This document shows, piece after piece, positions 35,701-47,505 of a DNA stretch of 64,000 nucleotides (position 1 is its first letter; each line of letters begins with the position of its first letter). The position numbers and the translations under genes are program-made. The DNA comes from Cyanophora paradoxa CCMP329 (Eukaryota > Plantae > Glaucophyta), in the NCBI GenBank assembly GCA_004431415.1, contig QPMI01000527.1, positions 1 to 64,000 on the forward strand, given 5' to 3'. Below the pieces are notes generated by a model, which saw nothing but the letters and a program-made list of their open reading frames with translations, did not search any database and was not told the origin of the DNA.

Positions 35701-38700
35701 TCGCCTTGGCCGGGTACGCGGACAGCCGCAGACCGCCTCTTTCATTCACGAACCCTGACTGTGTGATATGTGCAGTCGGCGGTCGGCACCTGCGCAGCCC
35801 TCCGGGCCCTCGCCGGAGGGGTTCCGGAGGCCGTTCTGGCCGCTCAAGAGGCTCTCGTGTACCCCGACTCGCCGGCGTCGGCCGCCGCCCTCGCCGCCGC
35901 GGGGGCGGCCTTGGAGGCAGCCCACGCGGCCGTCCGCTTCGGGGCGCCGGGCGTCGGACCCCTGCCGCCGGGCTCCGCCGCCCGCCGCCTCGCGCACGAC
36001 TCCGGGCTCGATTCCGCCCTCTTCGACTTTGTGAGGGACCTGAAATCCGTCCTGCGGTACCCCCCCGCCGCCCGCTCCCCCTCCGTCCCGGAGTACCCGT
36101 CCCTCCTCCTCGCCGCCTCGTCGTCCAACGCCACTTCTTCGAGCCTGTACCCACTGGCCGCGGGCCTGGCGGAGGCCGTCGCCACCGACGCGGCGGCGGC
36201 GCAGGAGTCCGCCCTGCGGTCCGCGGGCCTGCAGCTGGCCCTCTCCGCTCCCGTGCTCCTCCTCGCTTTCGTCCTTCTGCTCTGGCCGGCGCTCAGGACG
36301 CTCCGCCTCGAGCACGAGCGGACCACCGCGATGCTGCTCATGATCCGTGCGTTTATACAACGCTCTTACTTGTCTTATACTCACAAACCACTTCTTGCAG
36401 CGATGGAGGTCGTCGACTCGGTGGAGGCCATCAAAGAGTTCCTCGCGACGGGGCGCACGAGGGACGTGCGGCAGCAGCTGAGAGAGAACACGGAGCAGAC
36501 CAAGTCCATACTGCAGGTACCGGGCCGCTTCTTCCCTTCAGAGCTTTTTCTCGTTCATTTCATTTGCCTAACTCGTCTCGCAGGCGGCCGACGACGCGAT
36601 TATTGTGGCGGATCACCAGGGCCTCATCACCGTACGTGTTCCCGCATCTTAGAAATCTCTATGTTTCGCTCTAGCTCGCGCATCACTCCGAGCTTGAGTT
36701 TCAACGTTAACGCTTAAGCTTCGAATTCACGCTCGCAGGTGTTCAATGGGGCGGCGGAGCGGGCGTTCGGCTGCCCCCACAGCGAGGCCGAGGGGCGCCC
36801 CCTCACCGACTTCCTCCCGTCCTTCCCCGCCCCGTCCGTGCCCGTACCCGTGCTTGAGCTCGAGCTTAAATCCTCGGTGGCGATTAATAGACTGGGCGCA
36901 GGTCCTGGGGCGACGCCGCCTCCTCCTCCTCGGCGGCGGCGGCGACTGCGCCTGCGAGCTCGAGCTCGCTCCGCCGCCGCGCCTCCGCCGCCTCATCCGC
37001 GGGCGGCGCCAGCGCCTCCGCCAGCAACGCCAAAGACGGCGGCTCGAGCGGCGGCGCCGGCTCGCGGCTCCTGGAGGCCGGCGGCAAGGGCGAGGCGGTC
37101 GCCCGGAGGCGGGACGGGAGCGCTTTCCCCGCCAGCGTCTCTGTCGGGAGGGGCACCGGCGCCGCCAGGAAGCCGTTCTACGTCCTCTTCGTGCGTGACG
37201 TCACGCACGAGAAGGCGCAGGAGGCGGAGCTCGAGGCCGCCAACCGCCGCACGGACGATCTCTTGGTACGCCCGCCCCCTTTCGCTCTTGTTCCATACCG
37301 AATTCGAAGCTGGATATTTATCTTGTTCGAAGCTTCATATGTAATATATTGTTCGATACCGAAGCTTCATAAATAATATCTTGTTCGATACCGAAGCCTG
37401 AGATGTGCCCGCAGCGGAACGTGCTGCCGGGGCCGATCGCGGAGCGCCTGAAGCGGGGGGAGGAGCGGCCCGCCGACCTCCTCGACGACTGCACCGTCCT
37501 CGTGCGCGCCCGCCGCCTTCAGCTTATAAAATTCCATGCCATTTAAATTTATCTTGAGCTTCTACGTCAATTTAGCTCACGTTTCTAGCTTGTTCTACCT
37601 TATAGATTGCACCGTCCTCGTGCGCGCGCGCCGCCTCGTGATCGCGATCGCGATGCATTGATCCCCTCTAATCGACCGATCAGTTTGCGGACATCTGCAG
37701 CTTGTGCGCGATTTCCTTCACATTCCTTCCCCTCCTCGCTCTTCGTAATTTATGACCCGCGCGCCCGCAGCTGCTCGATGTCCTCCAAGATGACGCCTGG
37801 TAAGCAATTGCGATCGCGAGCCGCATGGATATCGCACGCCTAACCCCCTCAGCACCCCTCACCCCGCCCCGCCCCGCCAGCCCCGCCCCGCCCCAAAAGC
37901 CCTCTATAGCTAAGGCTTCGAAGCTCTCGAGCTTCCAAGGGCCCACCCTGCCCCACCTGATTTCGACGGACCGCACCGTTCCGCCCCGCCCCAGACGCTT
38001 AAGGTTTCTTCTTTACAGATACGATTTAATGGCGGGGAATCTAAGAGGAGTTGGAAGCAATCTAATTATCCCGCCCCGCCCCGCCCCGCCCCGCCCCGCC
38101 CCGCCCGCCAGGCGAGGTGGTCGGGCTTCTCTCGGACGTCTTCGACGCCGTCGACGCCCTCCTCGAGAAATTCCAGGCGCCCGCAGCTGCTTCCTTTCTT
38201 CCTTCTGATTTGAACGTCTTTAATTTCTGATGACTTTCTCCGCAATGTCTTTTTGACGGCGCCAACGTCGACGGAGCAGGTTGAGAAGGTGGAATTTCGA
38301 ATTCATTCTTCAAATACAAGTCCGGGTACCTGTTTCGCCTGACGACGTCGATGGCGCGCGCAGGTGAAAACCATAGGCGACGCGTGGATGGGATTCACGA
38401 CGCGACCCGCGGAAACGGTGCGCGCGGCTCCAATCGATCACACGGCCCGTCGGGTCGGGCCGGGCGCCCTTCAGGCTCCCGGGGGGCGGATCCGATCGAT
38501 CAGATCTAGACCTAGACCTAGATCTCGACGACCGCCTTCAAGACTTCCTAGGCTTCAGCTCCGGTTAATCCCCCCCCCCCCCCCCCCGCCCCCCCCGCCC
38601 CCCCCCCTGCAGCTTCAGATCACCCTGCAGCTGGCAGCTGGCCTGAAGCGCCACCGCGGCGCGCGCAGATGGTGGAGTTCGGGCTCGCGATGCTCTCCAC

Positions 38701-40693
38701 CATCGAGCAGATCAACGCCGAGGTCCCTCTTGGCTTCTCATTCCTCGCAACTAGCTCATTCGAGCTAACTAACTAACTAACGTTAACCAACTAGCTAGCT
38801 AACTAACGAATAGCTAGCTAGCTTCCGTATCAGCTTCTCATCCCTTTTTGATTTCTCGTCCTCGACTGAAGCTTATGCTTTCGCCTCTTCCTTCTCGTTG
38901 CGAACTCGAATCCCCGGGCGCGCGCAGCACAAGACGGAGCTGAGGATGCGGGTGGGGATCAACACGGGCTCGGTCATCGCCGGCGTCCTCGGCAGGCAGC
39001 GCCTCGCCTACGACCTCTGGGGCAAGTATTATTGATAAGCAATCTAGCAATCGAACGTACATCGATAATGCTAGCTACCGATTGCTAGGACTTCGAGGAG
39101 GCGCGAAGTTAATAAGCAATCTAGCGATCTAATATACATCGATTTATATCCGCTTCGATACTCTAGCTATAGTAAAGTCGCTCATGATGATGCGCTTTAG
39201 CACCAATTTCTAAATGCGCTTCAACGTAAACCGCTAATACTACCTCTGGGGCAAGCAATCAAGCCTCTATATCTGCTTTAACCCCGCTAGCTATAGCCAA
39301 GCTAAGGTCGCTTCTAACTACGACGCGGCGAACAGGAGACGCGGTGAACGTGTCGCAGCGGATGGAGAGCACGGGCGTCCCGGGCCGTGTCCAGGTGTGC
39401 TTCGAATCACGTAGTTGGCGCTGTCCTGGATCTAGATTGCTGTGCTTAGCGTCGTTGTTATTAGTCCTCGGCCCGCTAGCGCTTTGGTACGAGGTTTTCA
39501 CGGGCCGAGGCGCATCTAGAAGTATATTCAACAGCTTGTGTAAGTTCAACTCAACGTTGTTTCGTTGTTAGGCCTAGTTTTCCCTTCGATTAACATTACA
39601 TACTCCAGCCTCGTTATTCGTTAGCCTCTGCAACATCGATCTAGATTAATGTCAATAACAAAACCGTGGCAGGTCTCCGAGGCGACGTACCAGCGGATCA
39701 AGTACAAGTTCGACTTCGAGGAGCGCCGCGAGCTCGACGTCAAGGGTGCGCGCTTCAATTCGATTTCGGTTTCCTGGATCGCGGTTAATTAGATCGATAT
39801 CGCGTTGATATCACGGGTGCGCGCGCGGCTGCGCGCGCGGGGCGAAGGCGGCTGGGGAACTAGGGGGGGACTAGGCCGGCGAAGGACTAGGGGCCGCCGG
39901 GCCCGGCCGTTAGGGGGACGTCAAGGGTGCTTGCTTCAATTCGATTTCGGTTTCCTGGATCGCGGTTAATTAGATCGCGTTTAATGGTTTGATTCGATAT
40001 CGATATCGCGTTTGAATTATAGATTTAATAAGATCGATATCGCGTTTGATTTGATCGCAGGAATCGGAAAGATGTTCGGGTACCTGGTCAAGGGGCGCAG
40101 GCGCGCGCTCGTCCTCTACCTCTTCCGATGGCTTCGCCGGCTTTTACATTAACGCACGATCTGCCGCAGGCCGGAAGGGTCGATTCGGCGGCGCTCGCAC
40201 CGGGCGCAGTCCCTCGTACTCGGCACGAGCGCCGGCGCTTCGTTCGCCTTAGGCTTCGCCGGCGGCGGCGGCTGTGACGGCGACGGCAACGTCGACGGCC
40301 GCGGGCCCCGCGGGTCGCCCGAGGTGGGATCCCTGCAAACAGTTATTATATTAAAAGAAAGAAACGCGATGGGCACGCAGGTCGACGTAAACGCTGTGAT
40401 GGCGCCCCGCTTCTCGAGCCTCCCGGAGGGCAGTCTCCTCGCCGAGGGCGCCCCGCCCTCGTGCGCGTTTATAATTAGAGGATCAGTTGTTTCTTTGTTT
40501 GATTTTGCATTCTCACTTCGTTCGCAGGCCGATGGCGCTGCTCCGCGCCCGCCGCGCGCCCCGCGAGGGATCCGGGGCTCCCGCCTCGTGCGCCTCTGAT
40601 TGCCCTCTTCCCCCTTATTGCCCTTCTGCTCCCTTGGATTAATTATTGCTGACGTTTGAAGGCGCAGCGCGGGCCTGGCCTCTGTTCCCCTAG
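29794..40693 (+). CDS. Host multi-exon TmcB/TmcC-like membrane protein with TPR-like region, PAS domain and class III adenylyl cyclase; ends approximate
   Basis: Spliced reconstruction: TM helices; [130 protein letters not shown]. The K in KTIGD and D in YDLW indicate ATP specificity. Confidence 0.88.
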
Positions 40694-41134
40694 CGGTTCC
40701 AGGGGCGGAGGCGGACCCTACTCCGGCCTGGGATCGGGATCTAGTCTAGTTATCGAGTTCACAGCAGCGACTTCTCGCTGCAAGTACCTAGTACGACTTC
40801 ACAGCAGCCGCTGAGCAATTTGTGATTGCAAATACTTCCGAACTACGTCGCGCGTTCGACTTCCCTTGGATGAGCTCCCCTTAAATTAAATAGATAGTTG
40901 TCGGTCTTCTTTATTGCCAGGCCCGGCGGCCAGACGTCAACCGTATTTTGGAGCAAACTCGATTCGCCTGAGCATGGACCTTCGATCCGCGCGGACGCCG
41001 CTATCTGCGCGGATCGAAGGTCCATGCTGTGCCGAATCGCGGGCTCATGGTCATGATCAGGTTCCCTCGGGTTCCATGATCAGGAGGAGGGGGGAGGGGA
41101 GGGGGGGGGGGGGGCGGGGGCTATCGGGACTACC

Positions 41135-41180
41135 TTTTTTGCAAAAGTGGACGTCGCATTGGTACACCACGGCACATGTA
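41135..41180 (-). mobile_element. Very short 3'-end fragment of the same LINE family
   Basis: T6-GCAAAAGTGGACGTCGCATTGGTACACCACGGCACATGTA matches 44758-44797 with 2 mismatches. Confidence 0.8.
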
Positions 41181-41639
41181 CCTGGGAGGTTCAATATATC
41201 TTGAGCTGTATTTTACGTAAAATAGCTAGAATATAGCACACGTAAAAATTTCCTTTCTCTCTCTCTATCTCGTGTGCTTCAGCCCCCCCCCCCCCCCCTT
41301 CTCCTCCCCTCCCCCTACATCTCCCTCCACCTCCTGCGCACCCTCCCACTAATTTGTATATATAATGATCGAAGGATGCCGCCGGTCATGCAGGTTTCTC
41401 CTCTCGAAATATTGTCTTGTCTAGATCTATAGGTCTTGTGTTTCGTATAGATATACGCCAGCGGCCCGGCCGCGCAGAGGAGCGTTTGTTTAACGTTGCA
41501 CGTGGGCGAAGCCCATCCCGGCGGGGGCGATCGCGACATCGATTCGCCCGAACGACTTGAATTCGCGCGGAATTAGAATTCGAAGCGGTCATGCAGCTTG
41601 TTTTGGAATCCTGCACCTCCTCGCAGCTCGTCACGCGCA

Positions 41640-43200
41640 TGGCTTTCAAGAGATTCAATCCAGTGCGTGCAGCCTGCGCCGGAGCCCTGCATCTGGCCAA
41701 TGCGGGATCCCGGAGCTTTTTGTCGTCGCGCAAAATCGCTCATTTCCGCTCCTCCGGACGCAGGCGTCGGCTGAAATCGAAGATGTAGACATGGAGCTCG
41801 TCGTTGTGAAGCCCGACCTCTCCATTGCGGGCAGCGAAGCGCGAACGCGGGTCCGAATCTAATTCGGCGCTATTCGGGAAGCGAGCGCTCTGACGACCTT
41901 CGCACACGCGCGCAGTGGCAAATATATTTGGCCCTGCCTTCCGAAACTCCTCCCGAATTGAAGGCAGCGGTGATCTGGATCGCAATTCTGGAACCATTCG
42001 CATATTATACTCTGTGTGTGTAATCCTTTCGAATTCGCAGTTTTCGCAGTGGGAGAAGCATGTGAACTACCCTCGCATCAAGAATGCCCTGCAAATTCTC
42101 GATGCTCTCGGCCAGGAAAACCTGGGGCCGGAAGAAGCACCGGCAATCGCGACTTTGGTCGACAAATTAGACGAGGCGCGATCGACATCCCGCACGTTAA
42201 CGTTTTGCAGTGCTAGGCTTTCAACCCTCGATGTGAAATCGTAGATGTTCATTGAATCCCTTCAATTTGACCGCAGTGCATCCGAGATTTCGACATACCC
42301 CGGGGCCTATTCTTGGATTTGTCGGAGCTGGTATCGACATTTCTCTGGTGGCATTTCAATTGTCGTGCCCTTGGGTCTCGGCCGATCTTTTGTACTGCGC
42401 ATGATGTTTTAAAGAATGCGCAGGTATGCGTCTTTATTAATGCGCGGATAGCTATAGCTATATATTATCATATATGAGGGTTTTGACGTCGACAACCTTG
42501 CATGCAGAGCGCTGCAACATTAGGCAGAGCACCGTCGACGTCGACGTCGACGTCGGACTCTGCAGAGCACATCGAGACGCGCTACCGTCGGACGGAAGCT
42601 TCGCTGTTCGCGTCGTTCAACGCGGGGCAGATGCTCCAGCTGTGCGCGGGGGAGCTCGAGGTGGCCATCAAACACTACCAGGTCTGCTAATTGCGTTACG
42701 ATTAGTTCTGTACATGCGTTATAATATTGTGACCTTGCATCCACGTTTAATAAATTTTCAACAGGACGCTCTCCATCACCCGATCTTCGCCAGCTTTTCT
42801 GGGACTTCCGACGTCGAGCGCATGCCGTTTGCGGGCGATGAACGGCTCACGCGTGTCCTGCACGCGATCCTCGAGAACCTCTCCACGTGCCACCGAAAGA
42901 TCGGAGACACAGATGCTGCTCAAAAATATAACGAGGTTCGACAATGAATGTTAATTGGCGCCATATTTAAATTAAAGCACCGCTTCGAATTCGAGGCCGC
43001 TTCGAATTCGAAGCCGCTTCGAATATAAGCCGAATTGCAATATCTTAATTACATTAATTTCAACCTCCGGATCCAGATGCAAGTCCGAGCGGAGAAAATG
43101 TTTGGGTTCTACTGGAAGGGCATTGTAAGAAATTCAAAGCAACGTGCAGCGCTACGGGCAGGGCGGGCTTCGAAAGAACACGTTGCAGCTGCAGCTGCAA
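41640..43200 (+). CDS. Host multi-exon TPR-like gene, paralog 1; boundaries approximate
   Basis: VVKPDLSIAG..; SLFASFNAGQM..VAIKHYQ|DALHHP..LHAILENLSTCHRKIGD. Confidence 0.5.
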
Positions 43201-43576
43201 GCTTAAGGCCAGATGCCACGACTTCCGGCACTATAGCTAGTTCTGCAGCTATAGCTTGCTCGAAGCCCGCTGGATCAGCGCCGGTTCTGCTTCCCACGCC
43301 CACTGAGCTCCAAGCCGCCACGACCGCAAGCTCCAGTCATTCTCCAATGCCGACGTCGACGCTAGCGCTGACCTGGATGAGAGGCTATGGGGAGCTATTC
43401 ACGTCGACTTGCGTGCGTTCGCATCGAGTCCCCTCGATCTTTAGTATCCTCGCGATCGAGAACGAGCTCGCACTTAATACTCAAATATCCGGATCCTGAT
43501 TGCGCATGCTTCGCGCATTCGAACCGGATCTCGGCGCTCGCGATTTAAGTTTATGCTTAATTTGTCACTGTGCAGG

Positions 43577-44733
43577 CGACTGTACGTGGACAAACGAAGC
43601 TCGAGCATGAGCGTGACATGGAGGGTGTTCTTGTCAAGCCGGACATGTCCATTGACGGCGGTCGAGCTCGCTTAAAGGTGCATTCACACGTAGTCCACGC
43701 GTGCATGCGCCACATAACGAATGCTCCCCAAGTTATTCTCGATCTCTGTTGCTTGCAATTGGAAACGTTGAAGAATCCTTTCCATTCGCAGTGGAATGAG
43801 CGAGCGAATAAGAATATACACGAGAAAGAAGTCCTCCGCTTCTTTGACCTTCTGAAAGACAAGGACTTGAGTGCAGAGGAAGCTAAATCCATCGATGAGA
43901 TCACGACAGCCATGAGCGCGGTGCGGCTTGTGATGCGTGAGGATGGGATGACTTCAGCTGACCGCTAGCGCTCTGGATCCGATCGACTCACATGTACAGT
44001 ATATATCTCGCGTCTCACAAAATCGAATGCATGGCCACGGCAAGGATCGCCTCTCACGTTCGGTTGGATTCGCGGAGGAAGTCGCAGAAATGTCGTCTTC
44101 TGCAGACTGGTGGTGCTTCAATTCCGTTATGCTGCAGGAAAATGTCGACGTTTCCGACTATGAGCGCGCTTTGGACTTTGCAAAGGTCCGGCGCCGGGGC
44201 GCCGCATTTCCTTCACGTCTAGATCTAGCTGTAGTGCAGTGTGTGAATTCCTCCTCATCTTCCAGATCTGACATCATTGAAAGCGCGCAGCAGATACAAA
44301 TGCGGCCTTGAAGAGCTCTCGTCGCGAGTTCACCGGTTTCCGTCGCGATCTTGCAGAGTTCACCGCGCAGCTCTACCGCCAGTCAGATTCTTATCTATTC
44401 GCCTGTTTCAACCTCGCACAAATCGCGCAAGTGAAGAAGGACTTCAGTCTTGCAATCGAGAACTATCGCGTGCGTATCAGGCTTTCGTATTAGCAATTGA
44501 GCTAGGGCCGGAACCGGGTTCGCTATCGATATCCAACGCAATCGATGCAGAATGCTCTCGTCCACGAGGAATTCTTGGACTTCATTCGTGGGGGATTTCC
44601 CATTGTAGAAATTCCGCAAAAGTGCTGCATTGATGACCCCCGGCTGAGGGTCACCCTCCACGCGATCTGCAAAAATCTCTCCACATGCTACCGAGCGACC
44701 GGGAACGGAGTTGCAGCTATTCAATACGCTAAG
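43577..44733 (+). CDS. Host multi-exon TPR-like gene, paralog 2, interrupted in an intron by the LINE
   Basis: LVKPDMSIDG..; YLFACFNLAQI..LAIENYR|NALVHE..LHAICKNLSTCYRATGN. The donor AAG|GTGCG is followed within ~13 nt by the LINE poly-T. Confidence 0.55.
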
Positions 44734-45072
44734 GTGCGATTTTTTCTTTTTTTTTTTGCAAGAGTGGACGTCGCATTGATACACCACGGCACATGTATCA
44801 ATGTTCTACGTGACGTGCCCTTCCGACCGGTCATCTGTCTAGCCGAAGACGCTAGCAAGGTGCCGGCCATGGGTCGCTCAATATGGGAGGTTCGCCTGAG
44901 TGGGGGAGCCATGGTTTTCGGTGATAGCCGTAACCAGGCCCGCGCGCCCACCCCTTGATCAACTCCTCCATCCCTCATGAGCCCTGGAAGTGAAATGTCT
45001 CGCAGTCCGCCGCCCTCCCTTGCCGCCGCTCCGCCACCCCTCCTCCTCCTCACTCTGCCTCCTCCCTCCTCC

Positions 45073-46137
45073 TCACCTGCGCCCCAGGACCCCGATTAAT
45101 CGGTGTCCCGTTCTGTCGAGGTGAAGAAGGTGGTAGGAGGAAGATATGAGGAAGGAGAGGGAGTGGGCGGCGGCAGCGGGAGGGGGTGGGCAGCGGATGC
45201 GGGGCAGGGCAGGGAGCGGTGCCGGGACGGCAGAGTGGAGTGAGCGTGGGCACTGACAGGCGGCGCAGAGAGCGGGGAGTGCGGAGACGAGGCGGGTCGC
45301 GAGGGGTCGGGAGGGGTCGGTCTGAGTAGGGGGGGTGGCCGAGGCCAGAGGGGTGGCCGAGGCCGATGGGTGGCCGAAGCCGGGGGGGGCCGAAGCCGAT
45401 GGGGTGGCCGAAGCCGAGGGGGGGCCGAAGCCAGTGGGGGGCCGAAGCCATGGGGTGGCCGGAGTCAACGAGGGGTTCGACACTTGTGAGTCGGTTGGGG
45501 CCGGGGGAGGGACCGTAGGGGGCGGCGGGGCGGCCTCGTGCGGGGTCTCGGTCGGGGGGGCCGGCTGAAGCGAGGAGGGGGGGGGAGAGTCGGCTACTGG
45601 AAGCGTCGTTAGTGGTTTGTACACTCCAGGTGCGAAGAGGGACGTGATTGTGAGTTGTCCAGCGGGTATCGACACCGTTCGCGCTTTTTTGGTCCCGCGC
45701 TTGGGGGTCTTGCGACCGGCTGCCTTTCTTTTCGCCGTAGGTACGGGTGGGGCGGGTGCAGAGGCGGGAAGGGGAGGGGTCATGGGGCGCGGGCGTTTGG
45801 GTGCCGGGGCGGGGGGAGTATCGGTTGTCCGTTTGCGTGAGGCAGGCGACGGGCGAGTTCGTTTCGAGGGAGGGGCCAGGGGGGGCTTTAGGGCGGGGCG
45901 CTTGGAAGGTTGAGTAGCGGACGTAGGGCCCGTGGGCAAAGCGGGCAGGGTGCCATTGTCGGGGTTCTTGTGAGAAGGTTGCGTTGGGGGTGCAGCAGGT
46001 TGGGAGGCAGATCTAGAGTATGAGGTGGTCTCAGGGCGAGCGGGGCACTTTCCCCGTCTGGCGGCGGAGTGGGCCTGGAGGGCAGCTGCGGAGGCAAATC
46101 GGGTGCCACAGGTACAAGAGAAGTCAGATGTCATGGC
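45073..46137 (-). CDS. LINE 3' ORF: C2HC Zn-finger plus Pro-rich region with PSASATP repeats
   Basis: MTSDFSCTCGTRFASAAALQAHSAARRGKC; 18-bp-type repeats at ~45335-45460. Confidence 0.45.
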   Translation of the reverse strand, partial: AMTSDFSCTCGTRFASAAALQAHSAARRGKCPARPETTSYSRSASQPAAPPTQPSHKNPDNGTLPALPTGPTSATQPSKRPALKPPLAPPSKRTRPSPASRKRTTDTPPAPAPKRPRPMTPPLPASAPAPPVPTAKRKAAGRKTPKRGTKKARTVSIPAGQLTITSLFAPGVYKPLTTLPVADSPPPSSLQPAPPTETPHEAAPPPPTVPPPAPTDSQVSNPSLTPATPWLRPPTGFGPPSASATPSASAPPGFGHPSASATPLASATPPTQTDPSRPLATRLVSALPALCAACQCPRSLHSAVPAPLPALPRIRCPPPPAAAAHSLSFLISSSYHLLHLDRTGHRLIGVLGRR

Positions 46138-47505
46138 TACGGTGCTGGTATTGGGCGGCTGGGGGAGGGGGGGCCTGGGGGAGGGGCGGTCTGGGGCGAG
46201 GGGGAGGCAGGGAGTCGTGCAATTGCCTGGCGGAAATTTTCCAGGAGAACCCATGGTTGGCTTTCCGAGTCCAATCCGCAGCAGAAGTCAGTGATGGAGA
46301 TAGTATCATGGAGGGAGGGGGCGGGGGGGGCGGGGGGGAGGGGGGACCAGGCGGCTGTACTGGCGGCGAGCGGGAGGGTTTGGTGTCGGCATGTTTGCGG
46401 TATCGACGTTTGGTTCTGTCAGTGATGCCTTGTCGGAGCTCCCAGGCGTGGTTGCGGGCGCAGCGGTCCCTCCAGATCGCACGGAGGTGTTGGTCGAGGA
46501 GTAGCGCTAAATCTTTTTGGATTGACATTGTGGTGGTCTTGTTAATGCCCAGGGCTGTGCAGAGGGCGGGCAATCCTGCCGGGGTACCGAGGCGCAGGAG
46601 GGCAGGGGCGGGGAAGGGAGCAGGTCAGCCAAGGCCGGGCTAAGCTTTGTCCATAGGGTATCGGTGAGACCTGGGGGCGGAAAAGGGCCGGATTTTCAGT
46701 GGGGGAGAGGAGGGCGGATTGGAGGGAGAGGCGGGTCAGGGGAGACGAGGCGGAGGAAGGGAAAGAGTTGAAAAATAGTATCGTCGTGTCCTAAGGGTTT
46801 GGGCGAGTGGCGGAGAACCCGGGTGCGGAGGAAGGTCACGAGTGCGTCCTGGAGAGCTTGGAGGAGGAGGCGAGCGGCGGGGCAAGTAAATATGTGAATG
46901 AAGTCTTCGGGGGGTGGGTTGTGGGGTCGGGCTGTCTGGGTCTGCGGCCCTCGGTGGGAAGAGGGCGGGGGGAGCCCGGGGGGTGAACGTGGCAGGGGCG
47001 GGGAGGGTGGGGGTGGGGAAGCAGGGTCCTCGGGGACTGGGCAGGGTGGGAGGGAGGTGACAGAAGGGCAGTGGGCGATACCGTCAGGAAAGAGAGGGCC
47101 GTATAGGTCGGGGTCGTGGAGGAGGCGGATGGTGAGGGAGGGGAGGCCTCCAAGAATGCATTGGAATCTGACTTTGCGGAGGTGATCGCCTGTGGGGGTA
47201 CGGCGGTCCGGTGGCTTGTCGGACACGAGGGAGAGGGCTGGGGCGAGGGTAACGTGAGGATTGCTGAGGACGGCCCCCGCGTTGCGAAGCTGGCGCCAGT
47301 CGAGGTATTGGGAGAGGGAGGCTTCGGCTAGGAAGTGAGAGCGGGGGTCCCCCTCAACGCGGTATGCATGGAGTCTGCCTCTGTAGGGCTCGGCTCCTGG
47401 AACTGGGCCTTGGGATGACGGGGGCGGGAGGCCGACGCGGATGAGGAAGCATTTGAAACTGTGGGGAATGAAGAGAAGGGCTGAGAGGGGGGCGTCTGGG
47501 GTCGT

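Noticed and set aside
20900-44700. Naming the host species (intron style and PAS-cyclase genes suggested a glaucophyte such as Cyanophora)
   Set aside because: Impression only; there is no diagnostic marker in the window and a BLASTN is needed.
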